A stretch of DNA of 46,935 nt, from contig CAUJKI010000276.1 of NCBI GenBank assembly GCA_963205015.1, forward strand, positions 1 to 46,935, given 5' to 3'. Positions 28,836-38,521 of the stretch are shown here, in pieces. Every line of letters begins with the position of its first letter. The first letter of the stretch is position 1. Source of the DNA: Pseudomonadota bacterium (lineage in GTDB: Bacteria > Pseudomonadota > Alphaproteobacteria > Rhizobiales > Hyphomicrobiaceae). The translations under genes were made by a program, and so were the position numbers. The notes below the pieces were generated by a model that had not been told where the DNA came from, searched no databases, and saw nothing but the letters and a program-made list of their open reading frames with translations.

Positions 28836-29853
28836 TCTCCGATCGGAAGTAGAACGGCATCGTGAAACCCATCTGGACCGGCGATGCACCAGGCGGTGGG
28901 GCCGGAAACGGCGCCGCGCCGCGCACTGCGGACAACACGTTGCGATCAAGCCCGACATCACCGGACGAGCGCGCAATCCTCGCATAGCTGAGCCCACCCG
29001 AGCGCGATACGCCGAATGTAACGACAACGGTGCCGTGTGAGCCGGTTCCAGGCGGTCTGCGCGCTGCCACATGCGCACGCACAAGGGCGGCGTAGTTGAT
29101 AGCCGAGCCCGTGCTGGCGGAAATGCTGCTGGATCGCGCTGCGCCCGACATGGCACGCGACGGCGCGCCACCTTTGCGTCTGGGCTCGCTCCTGGCCTTC
29201 TTGGCTCTCGTCGGCTCTTTTGTCCTCTCTTTGACCGGAGATTTCACCTCGGACTCCGGCTTGGCTCTAGGAGGCTCGGACTTCTCGATCTCCGGAGGTG
29301 CCTGCTGGTGCTCAACCCACGCCGGCTCATCCGGGACCTCTGGCTGAAGCTCAGGCGGCACAGGCGGTGCCTCATCGATCCTGGCTATGGTCTCTTCCTT
29401 TGCCGCGTCTTCCATCACGGGTGCGGAGGGCTCGGTCTCCACCGGCTGAGACGCCGCCGGCGCCTCCCGCTCGCTGCCTGCTTCCGATTGAACGGAGCTT
29501 CGCGATGCAGCCGCTTCCTGGGACGGCGAGGGCTGAATAGCTTCCAACACCTCGCTCGTCACAAGCTCTATGCTGATCGCCTCCGTAGGCAAGGGGATGG
29601 CACCCGGCCTCGGCTCGAACCACAGAACCATGGCAGCGGCAACGCTGCCATGCAGGAGGAGGGAAAAGAGCACGCTGACAACGGTGGCCGCAGCACGCAT
29701 CGTCGGACCGCCACCATCATGCGGCTCCGCCAAGGCCGGCAAGGAAACGCGTCGAGCTGCCGCCGGCAAGCCTTCTTGTTCGGAAGCCGTGCTCGTTTCG
29801 AGATCGGGAGGCATTTCTAACGTGTTCGGCCGCTTCTGCAGTGCTTCGGGCAT
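28825..29853 (-). CDS. TonB/TolA-family energy transducer
   Basis: TM anchor with SLLLH, Pro/Glu/Lys-rich linker, C-terminal GTVVVTF.V.RSG...SSG...LD...AAPFP.PP; start uncertain. Confidence 0.85.
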   Translation of the reverse strand: MPEALQKRPNTLEMPPDLETSTASEQEGLPAAARRVSLPALAEPHDGGGPTMRAAATVVSVLFSLLLHGSVAAAMVLWFEPRPGAIPLPTEAISIELVTSEVLEAIQPSPSQEAAASRSSVQSEAGSEREAPAASQPVETEPSAPVMEDAAKEETIARIDEAPPVPPELQPEVPDEPAWVEHQQAPPEIEKSEPPRAKPESEVKSPVKERTKEPTRAKKARSEPRRKGGAPSRAMSGAARSSSISASTGSAINYAALVRAHVAARRPPGTGSHGTVVVTFGVSRSGGLSYARIARSSGDVGLDRNVLSAVRGAAPFPAPPPGASPVQMGFTMPFYFRSENGR

Positions 29854-29931
29854 CCCTGATACAGCTCATGGCAAAGGCCAGCGGATCGATCGACCCGCTG
29901 ACCGAAACGTGCGGCCAGTCCAGATCCTACG

Positions 29932-31842
29932 CTACTTGTCCGGCAAGGCGAACTGGATACCGCCGTAAACGGACAGGCCTGGCGTGCCGTAGCCGAGCAC
30001 TGTCTGATACTTCTCGTCCAGCAGGTTCTCCGCACGAATGTAAGCCTTCATTCCAGGAGTGAACTCGTAGGCGACCTTGGCGTTGATCAGCCAGTAGTCA
30101 TCCAACTTCGCACCCCCATCAAGCGTATCGGCGATATATCTGGCGATCACGTTGGCCTGGATCTTGTCCGTTGGCCGCAGGTCAAGACCGACGGAAAGAC
30201 TGTGCCGCGGCACCCGTGCCAGCCGAGCGCCGCTCGCCTGCTCGGTATCGGTGTAGGTGTACCCGCTCGTCACCGTAATGCCGGAGGAAATCTTCGCCGC
30301 CGCAGTCAGCTCGACACCTTCGCGCTTGGTCACGCCGGGCACGTTGATCAGACAGGGAACACCAGGCGGGCCGCATGTAGGGTCAAACGTGATCAGGTTG
30401 AGTGTATCGATCTCGAAGTAGGTGGCCGCGAGCTTGAACCTACCATTGTAGAAGCCCTGCTCGATGCCGACATCCCAGCTCTCGCTCTCCTCAGGGAGAA
30501 GATTAGGGTTGCCGTACTCCGGATACCAAGGCGGGTAGTTGGTGTACATCTCATCCAACGAGGGCGCACGGAAGCCGGTCCCTCTGCTGGCCCGGAACTT
30601 GGTTTCAGTGCCGGGGACGAGATAGGCGCCAGTGATGCGGTGCGTACTGAAGTCACCAAAATTGCTATGATCATCGATACGCCCACCAGCAGTCAGGATG
30701 AGGCCAGGAATCGGCTCGGCCATAAGCTGAGCGTAGACGCTGGCGACGTCGGCAGAGAACCTGCTGCTTGGATCATTGCTGCTGCGCGCACGCGTCTCTT
30801 CCCAATCACCCCCGAAGAGTAGCGACAGCCGCTCGTTGAACTTCAAGACACCCTTGTACTCGGCCTTGACGCGATCCCCTTCGAACCAATAGGTCCGTGC
30901 TCCAGAGCTGAAGCCGTCGCGTTCGATCCGCATGGCCTGAACCGCGAATGTGTTCTGAAGGGCGCCATTCAGCAGATAGAATTCAGTTCCGACGCGCGCA
31001 GCCTGCTGAAAATACTTCGCGCTGTCCGCGGTATCGGTAGGAGGCCAGTCGAGTTCGACGTTGGCTCTGGTGGAGCGGGCTGCAAAGAAGATCTTGGCAC
31101 TCGGCGACAGATAGTACTCACCGCGCCCAGAGAACGTCAGATTGCGATAACCGTCGTCTTCAGTGCCAGCAGCGGCGGCCGAAAAGCCGTCCGTGTTCAC
31201 GCCCTGGACGGTGAAGGAGATGTTGCTGCCGTCCGCAGTCAGGTAACCGGCTGTGTAGGCGCCGCGCCACGTATTGTAGGCGCCATACTCGACGCCGCCG
31301 CTCTGCGAGAAACCGAGCTTCCTTGCGGCCTTCGTCTCGATGGTGATGACGCCGCCGACGGCATCGCCGCCATAGAGTGTGCTCTGCGAGCCCTTCAGGA
31401 CTTCAATTCGAGCAACATCACCCACTAGAAGGTGCTCGAAGTGCGCAGCCGTAACCGTGCTCGACGGATCACTGACATCGATGCCGTCAACCAGGACCTT
31501 GACGTAACCGCCGGTGGTGCCGCGCAAACTGATCGTGGATGTTCCGCCGGGACCAGCTTGAGAGAAATGCACACCCGGCAGCGTCTCGAGGTAGTCCTTG
31601 ACGTATGTCTGCGCGCGCGCCTCGAGTTCTCTCTCGGTGATCACCTCGACCGACGAGCCGACCTTTGCCGCGTCGGTGGGCGTGCGGTTGGCCGAATAGA
31701 TCACGATGCCCTCGAGCGGCGTCGTATCCTGCGCGCTGGCCGACGACGTCATCGCGGGCAACAACGCACATGCGGCAGCGAAAGCCACCCGAGAGACGCC
31801 ACATGCTCGCCTCGGAGCGCGAACACGAACCCGAATAGTCAT
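29932..31842 (-). CDS. btuB: TonB-dependent cobalamin receptor
   Basis: ANRTP....VGSSV.VIT, LPGV, VLVDG, RIEVLKG.QSTLYG.DA.GGVI.I, GFRAPS, NLLDEKY....GY; downstream of a cobalamin riboswitch. Confidence 0.9.
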   Translation of the reverse strand: MTIRVRVRAPRRACGVSRVAFAAACALLPAMTSSASAQDTTPLEGIVIYSANRTPTDAAKVGSSVEVITERELEARAQTYVKDYLETLPGVHFSQAGPGGTSTISLRGTTGGYVKVLVDGIDVSDPSSTVTAAHFEHLLVGDVARIEVLKGSQSTLYGGDAVGGVITIETKAARKLGFSQSGGVEYGAYNTWRGAYTAGYLTADGSNISFTVQGVNTDGFSAAAAGTEDDGYRNLTFSGRGEYYLSPSAKIFFAARSTRANVELDWPPTDTADSAKYFQQAARVGTEFYLLNGALQNTFAVQAMRIERDGFSSGARTYWFEGDRVKAEYKGVLKFNERLSLLFGGDWEETRARSSNDPSSRFSADVASVYAQLMAEPIPGLILTAGGRIDDHSNFGDFSTHRITGAYLVPGTETKFRASRGTGFRAPSLDEMYTNYPPWYPEYGNPNLLPEESESWDVGIEQGFYNGRFKLAATYFEIDTLNLITFDPTCGPPGVPCLINVPGVTKREGVELTAAAKISSGITVTSGYTYTDTEQASGARLARVPRHSLSVGLDLRPTDKIQANVIARYIADTLDGGAKLDDYWLINAKVAYEFTPGMKAYIRAENLLDEKYQTVLGYGTPGLSVYGGIQFALPDK

Positions 31843-32099
31843 ATGACCCCGTCACGATTGATGGACGGGAGCACCGGCAGTTGCGGCCCGAAGGGCTCGG
31901 CGGAAACGGCTGCTGCTTGAGGTGGCCGCCAAAGCAGTCAAATCCCTCAGCAACCCGCTTCAGCGAGCGCTATCTCTGATCTGTCAGTAGGTAAAGAAGA
32001 CCCCGGGCATTTTCTGACGTAGCTCCCAATCGGTTGCACATCAGTCGCCGCTACGGGTAACCGTTCCACCGCGCGGCCCGCACGGGGGATGGGCGACTC

Positions 32100-32315
32100 G
32101 TGCCGGCAGGTCTCCTGGCTCGCGGCTCAAGCATCGCTCTCCAGCCTTCCCGACAGCTTTGGCCGCCGTCAGTGGCATATTTGGAGAGGACTCGCCGCTT
32201 ACAGTTGCGGGCGCAGCCACGGGATCAACGCGGGGGCTCCAAGAAGCGTCGCGTCTCACCGTGTTCCCTCTAGGCCATACGTACCTGCGTACATGTGGCC
32301 TCACCGTCACGCGTT
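32100..32315 (-). ncRNA. Cobalamin riboswitch
   Basis: Minus strand GACGGT...AGGGAACACGGTG...GCCCGCAACTGTAA...GCCACTG...GGGAAGG...GAGCCAGGAGACCTGCC (B12 box), upstream of btuB-cobTCS. Confidence 0.96.
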
Positions 32316-32317
32316 CA

Positions 32318-32346
32318 AATGCGCCTCAAGACACGTTCGCTGTCAA
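32318..32346 (-). promoter_or_regulatory. Putative sigma70 promoter of the B12 operon
   Basis: TTGACA (32346-32341), N17, weak -10 (CGCATT), ending just before the riboswitch. Confidence 0.5.
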
Positions 32347-32450
32347 TACCAAAGCGCAACAGGCCCATCTGCAAAATGCCCCAGGTACAATTCTGCAACA
32401 TCACATTGATCCGCCCGCGCCCTTCATCTGGGGCCCGCGTCCGACGCCGC

Positions 32451-33713
32451 TCATGGTGCCTCGTTCAACGCCTTTCCGTCGGCGGGGCCGGTTGCATCGC
32501 TGCCCATGCGGAAGCGGTGCCCATCAAGGTCTTCGACATTCATCTCGCGCACACCCCAGGGGAAATTGGTCGGCTCCTGACGAATGATCGCACCGCGGCG
32601 GCGATAGTCCTGATAGAGGGCATCGACGTCCTGCACGAAAATCGACATCCAGGCGCCGGGGCAACCCTGCGACCCCTGACAGAGAAAAATGCGAACCTGG
32701 TCGCGATGGACGCATCCGAACGTGGGGGGTGTGCCCCAATCCCATTCCTTGAGGAAGCCCAGCTTTTCGACGTAGTAGGCGATCGACGCCGGGACATCCT
32801 TAACGTTGAGGATCGGAACAGCAGACTCGAACCGATTGGCAGTCTGCTCTGCTGGATCGGCGCCGGCGGCCACCAGCAGCTCGGCAATTCGCGGGTCGGT
32901 CTGGGGCGAAGCATAGCTCAGCGCGGTATTGCCGCGATCATCCTTCATGGTCGGGTCAGCACCGAGCTGCAACAGAAGTTCAACCATTTCCGGCCGATTC
33001 TTCAGCACTGCAAAATGCAGCGGCGTGCGCCGGCGCTCGAACCGGCTCATCTGACGGGACAGAAGCCGCGGGTCGCGCTTCACGAGGGCGCGAACCAGAT
33101 CGGCACGATCGAGCGCTATCGCAGCAAATATGGTCGGATGAGCGCCGCGCGCGAGGAGCCAATCCGCAACCTCCTGCTGGACCGTCCGGAAGCACGTCGC
33201 CCAGCCGATGACGCCCATCTCGTGCTCGTCACCGGCACCATCGATATCGGCGCCTGCGTCCACGAGCCGCTTCGCGACCTCGAGACGACCGTCCTGGGCC
33301 GCCCAGTGCAGCGCGGTCGCATGGTCAAGCCGGTCGCGCTCATTGACATCGACGCCATATCCGAGCAGCAGCTCGACACAATTCAGGTGGCCACCCTCGG
33401 CGGCGAGATGAAGCAGCGGCCGGTTCCACTGCCCACCGGATATGGCGAGCTTGGACGGATGCTCGCCCAGCAGACGCGCAAGCGTGCGCGCATCGCCCTG
33501 AACGGCAGCGGCAACGATCTGGCCGTCCAGACTCAGCGTGTCGACATGCGCTTTGAGAGCGCGCCAACTCGCAAATCCATACTCCCGCGCGATCTCGAGC
33601 TGCGCCTGATGCAGCTTGGCGGCGGGCTCACCGACACGCAGTTCAGCAAGCCGCTCCTTCGCGGATTTCTTCAACCAGTCGAGATTGGGCTGGGCCGGAA
33701 GCGCCTTGGGCAT
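32451..33713 (-). CDS. Fusion of a small helical N-terminal domain, ankyrin repeats and a VOC/bleomycin-resistance-like domain
   Basis: N-terminus LP.QPNLDWLKK.AK...LHQAQLEIAREYGFASW..LKAHV; ankyrin units (PLLHLAA, TALHWAA, TPLHFAV, TALSYA, GAD); C-terminus VPILNV.DV..SIAYY..KLGF...DVDALY...PWG.RE..V.D.DG. Confidence 0.9.
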   Translation of the reverse strand: MPKALPAQPNLDWLKKSAKERLAELRVGEPAAKLHQAQLEIAREYGFASWRALKAHVDTLSLDGQIVAAAVQGDARTLARLLGEHPSKLAISGGQWNRPLLHLAAEGGHLNCVELLLGYGVDVNERDRLDHATALHWAAQDGRLEVAKRLVDAGADIDGAGDEHEMGVIGWATCFRTVQQEVADWLLARGAHPTIFAAIALDRADLVRALVKRDPRLLSRQMSRFERRRTPLHFAVLKNRPEMVELLLQLGADPTMKDDRGNTALSYASPQTDPRIAELLVAAGADPAEQTANRFESAVPILNVKDVPASIAYYVEKLGFLKEWDWGTPPTFGCVHRDQVRIFLCQGSQGCPGAWMSIFVQDVDALYQDYRRRGAIIRQEPTNFPWGVREMNVEDLDGHRFRMGSDATGPADGKALNEAP

Positions 33714-33836
33714 GTGACACCTTCTTTCTCATGCGCCCGGTGTCCGCGTCTCGGGCCAGAAAGAAGATGCTGAAGCACTTGGTAGCTGAGGTGGGTTCAA
33801 CCCTTCACGCGGACCGTCGGTCGCCTGCTCGACCGG
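33714..33836 (-). ncRNA. Candidate structured 5' leader RNA (pseudoknot, RBS-sequestering)
   Basis: 12-bp helix 33758-33769/33718-33729 covering the SD; inner helix 33752-33756/33735-33739; loop 33742-33749 complementary to 33807-33814; 5' hairpin 33818-33835. Confidence 0.65.
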
Positions 33837-33842
33837 AGCCGA

Positions 33843-33870
33843 ATTATCCCAGCTTGGGAACTTCTGTCAA
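33843..33870 (-). promoter_or_regulatory. Sigma70 promoter of the ankyrin-fusion gene
   Basis: TTGACA-N16-GATAAT on the minus strand. Confidence 0.7.
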
Positions 33871-33958
33871 ACCCAGACCACTCAGCATTCGTCAGAGCTC
33901 CGCAGTCCGCCCATGGAGCAGCGGCACGATCTGTTCCAGGAGATGCACGCCAGCGTCC

Positions 33959-35209
33959 TTAGCCGAACCGCTTCGCGGAATACGGCGCCGGATCGATCGG
34001 GGACGAGCGCCGCAACGCCAGGCTCGACACAATCTTGGCGCTCGGCGGTCCACCGGTCATGCCGAAGTGGCCGTGGCCGAGAGCGAGAAAGACATTCGGC
34101 AAGCCCGGCGCCTCCCCGAGAATGGGCAGGCTGTCCGGCGTCGAGGGTCGGAAGCCCATCCAGAAGCGGTGCTCGCGCGTGTCGACGTCGGGGAACATGC
34201 CTTTGACGTGCTCGAGCAGGACTTTGGCGCGCTCCAGGTTCGGCGGTGCCTGAAGACCGGCGATCTCGACCGTGCCGGCCACGCGCAGCCCATGCTCCAT
34301 GGGTGTCACACCGAACGCCCTCGTCTTGTTCGAGATCGGCAAGCGCAGATCAATGCCCGGGGCGGTAAGCATCGCGTGATAGCCGCGTTCGGTCTCGAGC
34401 GGGATGCGCACCCCGAGCGGCCGCAGCAGATCCTTCGACCACGCGCCGGCCGCGACGACGACACGCTTGGCCCTGCGCCAGCCGATGTTGGTCATCACCG
34501 TGTAGCCGCCGCTCTCGCCAGGAATGATCCGCGAGGCGCGCTCCGCGACCAGCGTGCCGCCAGCCTCCTGCAGCAGCTCGCCGAGCGTTTGCACGAGGCG
34601 CTGCGGGTTGACCGTGAAGCCGTTGCCGGGGAGCAGCAGGCCACGCACGACACGGCGCGAGATGCCGGGAAACATCTGACGCATGTCATCCTGTGAGAGC
34701 TTCTCGACGCGAATGCCCTGTCGCTCGCGTAAGCTCCTCTCCAGCGCGGCGGACGGCGTTTCGGCATCGCTCTCCCAGGCGTGGACCTGGCCCATTGGGC
34801 GTATGAGCTCCGAGAACTTGGCTTGACCGAGGAGCTCGCGCCAGCAGTCGAACGACGTTTGATGCAGTGCACGCATGGCGTCCGAGATCTGCTCGACGCG
34901 CGCCGCGCGGCTGGCCATCACCCAACGCACGAGCCACGGGAACGACGTCGGCAGGTAACGCCAGTCAACGGACAAAGGCCCCAGCCGGTCGGTCAGCCAG
35001 CCCGGGACTTTACGCACCATGCCAGGCAGTGCGATCGGCACCGAGGTGTCGGCGCTGATCAGGCCGGCGTTGCCGAATGAAGCACCGCCGGCCGGCGGCA
35101 GCGGATCCACGACGACAACCGTCTCTCCGGCGCGCTGGAGGTAGAGAGCCGTCGTCAGGCCGGCGACGCCGGCACCGATGACGATCGTTGGGTCAACCAC
35201 TTCTGCCAT
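33959..35209 (-). CDS. Second FAD-dependent DadA/GOX-like oxidoreductase
   Basis: IGAGVAG, GASFGNAG, LETERGYH, GLRVAGTVE, WMGFRPSTPDSLP, GHGHFGMTG. Confidence 0.9.
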   Translation of the reverse strand: MAEVVDPTIVIGAGVAGLTTALYLQRAGETVVVVDPLPPAGGASFGNAGLISADTSVPIALPGMVRKVPGWLTDRLGPLSVDWRYLPTSFPWLVRWVMASRAARVEQISDAMRALHQTSFDCWRELLGQAKFSELIRPMGQVHAWESDAETPSAALERSLRERQGIRVEKLSQDDMRQMFPGISRRVVRGLLLPGNGFTVNPQRLVQTLGELLQEAGGTLVAERASRIIPGESGGYTVMTNIGWRRAKRVVVAAGAWSKDLLRPLGVRIPLETERGYHAMLTAPGIDLRLPISNKTRAFGVTPMEHGLRVAGTVEIAGLQAPPNLERAKVLLEHVKGMFPDVDTREHRFWMGFRPSTPDSLPILGEAPGLPNVFLALGHGHFGMTGGPPSAKIVSSLALRRSSPIDPAPYSAKRFG

Positions 35210-35254
35210 GAGCACACCGTTGTTCAAGTTGCTGGGCTGATGAGGCGCGGCGGA

Positions 35255-36064
35255 TCAGCTCGATCCGTCGGTGCCGGTGGATTTGGTCGCACGCAAGCTG
35301 CGCAGGAGCATATCGAACGCCAGGACCAAGCCCGTGACGGCGATCAGGAAGGCGCTGACGGCGGCGATCACCGGCTCGAGCTCGAGATGCAGGCTGTTCC
35401 AGATCCTGACAGGCAGCGTCTGTGACCGCACACCTGCCAGGAAGAGCGAAATGATCAGCTCGTCGAACGAAGCGAGGAAGGCGAACAGCGCCGACGACAT
35501 GATCCCTGGAAAGGCGAGCGGGATCACCACCCGCCGGAAGACATACACACGGCTGCCGCCGAGGCTGAGGCCTGCACGCTCGAGGTTGATGTCCACCGAC
35601 TGGAGCGACGAAAGCAGGATGAGCACGACGATCGGCAGCGTCACGACCGCGTGGCAGAAGCCGATCCAGACGATATTGCCGACAAGGCCGAACTTCGCCG
35701 TCACGAAATACATGGCGATGGCCGTGATGACGTGCGGGACGATGATCGGAATGAGCAGAACCGACAGGACGGCCTTCTTAGCTCTGAAGTTGCCGCGCAG
35801 GTAGGCGTAGGCGGCGAAGAATCCGAGCACTGTCGAGATGCCGCAAGCGATCAGCGCGATGATCAGGCTTGACCACAGCGATTGGCGCCATCGCGTGTCA
35901 CCGAAGAAGGCATAGAACCAGCGCAGCGAAAACGAGTCCGGCGGAAATCGCAGATAGCCCTCGCCGCTGAAGGCGAGAACACAGACGATGACAATCGGCG
36001 CCATGAGCAGCAGGCAGCCCAAGGCAATGTAGAAGGATAGTGTCACGCCTCCCGCCCGGACCAT
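35255..36064 (-). CDS. PotC-like ABC permease
   Basis: FPP..FSLRWF, LERAG.SLG, F..SFDE, TLP. Confidence 0.9.
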   Translation of the reverse strand: MVRAGGVTLSFYIALGCLLLMAPIVIVCVLAFSGEGYLRFPPDSFSLRWFYAFFGDTRWRQSLWSSLIIALIACGISTVLGFFAAYAYLRGNFRAKKAVLSVLLIPIIVPHVITAIAMYFVTAKFGLVGNIVWIGFCHAVVTLPIVVLILLSSLQSVDINLERAGLSLGGSRVYVFRRVVIPLAFPGIMSSALFAFLASFDELIISLFLAGVRSQTLPVRIWNSLHLELEPVIAAVSAFLIAVTGLVLAFDMLLRSLRATKSTGTDGSS

Positions 36065-36068
36065 CGCC

Positions 36069-36917
36069 TCACGCTCCCATCATGCGGCGGACATCAGTGA
36101 CGCGATAGTAGATGACATAAAGAACCAGCGTCATTGCCAGCAGGGCCACGGACATGATGGCGGCACTCGTCCAATCGAGCGTAATCTCCACCGCACGCTC
36201 GATAAGCATGGCGATCATCACGTCGCTCGGGCCGCCCATCAGCGCCGGCGTTATGAAGAAGCCGATTGCCAGGATGAAGACGATGAGCGATCCCGAGACT
36301 ACACCGTGCAGGCTGAGCGGGAAGTAGACTTTACGGAAGGTGTAGACGGGCGAGGCGCCGAGACCGTATGCGGCACGCACCAGATTGGAGTCGATCCCGC
36401 GCATGGTTGCGTACAGCGTCAGCACCATGTACGGCAGCAATACGTACGTCATGCCGATGAGCACGCCCATCTTGTTGTAGAGGAGCGGCAGCGGAGCATC
36501 GATTACCCCGAGCGACAGCAGGGCCTGATTGATCGTGCCGTTTCGTCCGAGAAGAACCATCCATGAATAGGTCCTCACGATCACGCTCGTGAAGTAGGGC
36601 ACGATGATGCAGAAGAGTACGAGTGCGAACCGCCAGCCCGTGTTGTTTGCGAGGTAGTAGGCGATCGGGTAGCCGATGACGAGCGTAAGCGCCGTCACCA
36701 TCGCGGATATCCAGTTTGTCGTGATGAGTGCGTTGACGATGCCGGGGGCCGACAGCACATCGATGAATCGATGCATGACGGCGCTCACGCCTTCTTCCTC
36801 GGCAAACACACCGACGAAGAACCACGCGAGCGGAATGACGAACAGCAGAATGAGGAGCGCGAACGCCGGAATGATCAGCAGGCCTGGGTCGAACGACTGG
36901 TGAGCTGTCCGTGTCAT
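36069..36917 (-). CDS. PotB-like ABC permease
   Basis: GYPIAY, VRTYSW..LL..NG.IN, LPYMVL, AA.GLGA, F.TPALMGG. Confidence 0.9.
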   Translation of the reverse strand: MTRTAHQSFDPGLLIIPAFALLILLFVIPLAWFFVGVFAEEEGVSAVMHRFIDVLSAPGIVNALITTNWISAMVTALTLVIGYPIAYYLANNTGWRFALVLFCIIVPYFTSVIVRTYSWMVLLGRNGTINQALLSLGVIDAPLPLLYNKMGVLIGMTYVLLPYMVLTLYATMRGIDSNLVRAAYGLGASPVYTFRKVYFPLSLHGVVSGSLIVFILAIGFFITPALMGGPSDVMIAMLIERAVEITLDWTSAAIMSVALLAMTLVLYVIYYRVTDVRRMMGA

Positions 36918-38044
36918 GATCCGAGCACCAAGCTGTCCGCGACGGCCCAGGTCAGAGCCACGTCGTCGCCGACCTCGAAGCCTGGCCCTCCGGTATTCTG
37001 GATATCGACCGTGATCTCTGCCGCTCCTACAGTCACGGCATAGCGATTGACGTTACCGAGGAAGGATCGCCGGCGCACCTGGCCCGCGACGCTGTTCGTC
37101 CCCGGACGCGCGGCGTCTGCAGGGGGCGCGGAAACTGAAATACGCTCCGGCCGAATGAAGAGGTGAACCTTCTTTCCCGCCAGATCGGTCGACGCGGAAG
37201 GGGCATTCAACACCAGCCCGTGGCTGATCCGCAGGATGGCACCGGCGGATGAAACATCCTGCAAGGTGCCCTCGATGAGATTGGCCTCGCCGAGAAACCG
37301 GCCAATGAAAGTATTCACGGGCCGTTCGTACATTTCGCCCGGCGTCGCCACCTGTTCAATGCGGCCGCGATTCATCACGCCGATGCGATCGGACATGTTC
37401 ATCGCTTCTTCCTGGTCGTGCGTGACATACACGACTGTCATGCCGAGCTGCCGCTGAATCTCCTTGATCTCGACTTGCATGTCATAGCGAAGGTTCTTGT
37501 CCAGGGCTCCGAGCGGCTCGTCCATCAAGACAACACGCGGCTCGAAGACGATGGCGCGGGCGATTGCGACGCGCTGCTGTTGGCCGCCCGAAAGCTGGCG
37601 CGAGAAGCGGTCTGCAAATCTCTCGAGCCGCACAAGCGCTAGCGCATCCCCGACCCGGCGCTTGATATCAGCCTCCGGCGCCCCACGCGCCCGGAGCGGA
37701 AAAGCGACGTTCTCGAAGACGTTCAGGTGCGGGAAGATCGCATAGTTCTGGAACACCATGCCGAATCCGCGTGCCTGCGGAGATCTCGTCGTGATGTCCA
37801 CACCGTCGACGAGGATACGGCCCCCGTCGACGTTCGCGAACCCCGCGATCATCATCAGAGTCGTCGTCTTTCCCGAGCCCGACGGTCCAAGCAGCGAGAA
37901 AAACTCGCCCGATCGTATATCGATCGAAATATCGTCGACGACGGCTTCCTCGCCATATCGCTTGGTCACGCGCTGGAGCGAGACCGTACCTAACCCGTCA
38001 GTCGCATGATGCGAAGGCGCCGCTTGAACTTCCTGCTGAGCCAT
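36914..38044 (-). CDS. PotA-like ABC ATPase
   Basis: [45 protein letters not shown]. Confidence 0.93.
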   Translation of the reverse strand: MAQQEVQAAPSHHATDGLGTVSLQRVTKRYGEEAVVDDISIDIRSGEFFSLLGPSGSGKTTTLMMIAGFANVDGGRILVDGVDITTRSPQARGFGMVFQNYAIFPHLNVFENVAFPLRARGAPEADIKRRVGDALALVRLERFADRFSRQLSGGQQQRVAIARAIVFEPRVVLMDEPLGALDKNLRYDMQVEIKEIQRQLGMTVVYVTHDQEEAMNMSDRIGVMNRGRIEQVATPGEMYERPVNTFIGRFLGEANLIEGTLQDVSSAGAILRISHGLVLNAPSASTDLAGKKVHLFIRPERISVSAPPADAARPGTNSVAGQVRRRSFLGNVNRYAVTVGAAEITVDIQNTGGPGFEVGDDVALTWAVADSLVLGS

Positions 38045-38070
38045 TGTGTCGACGGACTATATGCAAACTG

Positions 38071-38451
38071 CTACTTGCCGAGGTAGGCGTGGGCCACAAG
38101 CTCAACCCGGATGCCCGGGCTCAAAAGCTCCTTCACCACCACTGTCGCACGGCTCGGATAGGGCTGAGAGAAGAAATCCTTGTAGACCTCGTTCATCGCC
38201 GGTGCGTCTGCCGCATCGACAATGTAGATGACGATCTGCGCGACATCGCGGAGAGTTCCGCCGGCGGCCTCGACGGCCTGCTTCATGTTGGAGAGCGTCT
38301 GGCGCATTTGCACGGTCATATCGCCCTGAACCATCTCGCCGGTGCGCGGGTCGCGCGGCACATGGGCCATATAGAGGATATCGCCCGCGCGAACCGTACC
38401 GTTCACTGGCCCCTTGGACGGCGCGAGGCCCGTATCAACGACGGTAAACAT
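38071..38451 (-). CDS. RidA/YjgF/UK114 family protein
   Basis: Q..QTL.N....EAAG, MNEVY..FF..PYPSRA (conserved Arg), RVEL; GGGGAG RBS. Confidence 0.9.
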   Translation of the reverse strand: MFTVVDTGLAPSKGPVNGTVRAGDILYMAHVPRDPRTGEMVQGDMTVQMRQTLSNMKQAVEAAGGTLRDVAQIVIYIVDAADAPAMNEVYKDFFSQPYPSRATVVVKELLSPGIRVELVAHAYLGK

Positions 38452-38521
38452 TTGATGCTCCCCTGATGATGCCCAAAGCGCTGCATGGATCAGCCTGTCT
38501 TGGCACCTTCGCTCACCCCCG

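Noticed and set aside
27735-29171. Long N-terminal extensions in the ORF track for cobT and cobC (likewise the thiolase, ligase and GcvA-like LysR)
   Set aside because: They overlap neighbouring genes and lack homology; downstream starts with an RBS or coupled stops fit better. They are not real fusions.
32041-32409. Short ORFs over the btuB leader
   Set aside because: The region is explained by the cobalamin riboswitch and its promoter.
32295-33773. 492-aa plus-strand ORF
   Set aside because: Antisense shadow of the ankyrin-fusion gene; no family motifs; long shadow ORFs are expected at this GC content.
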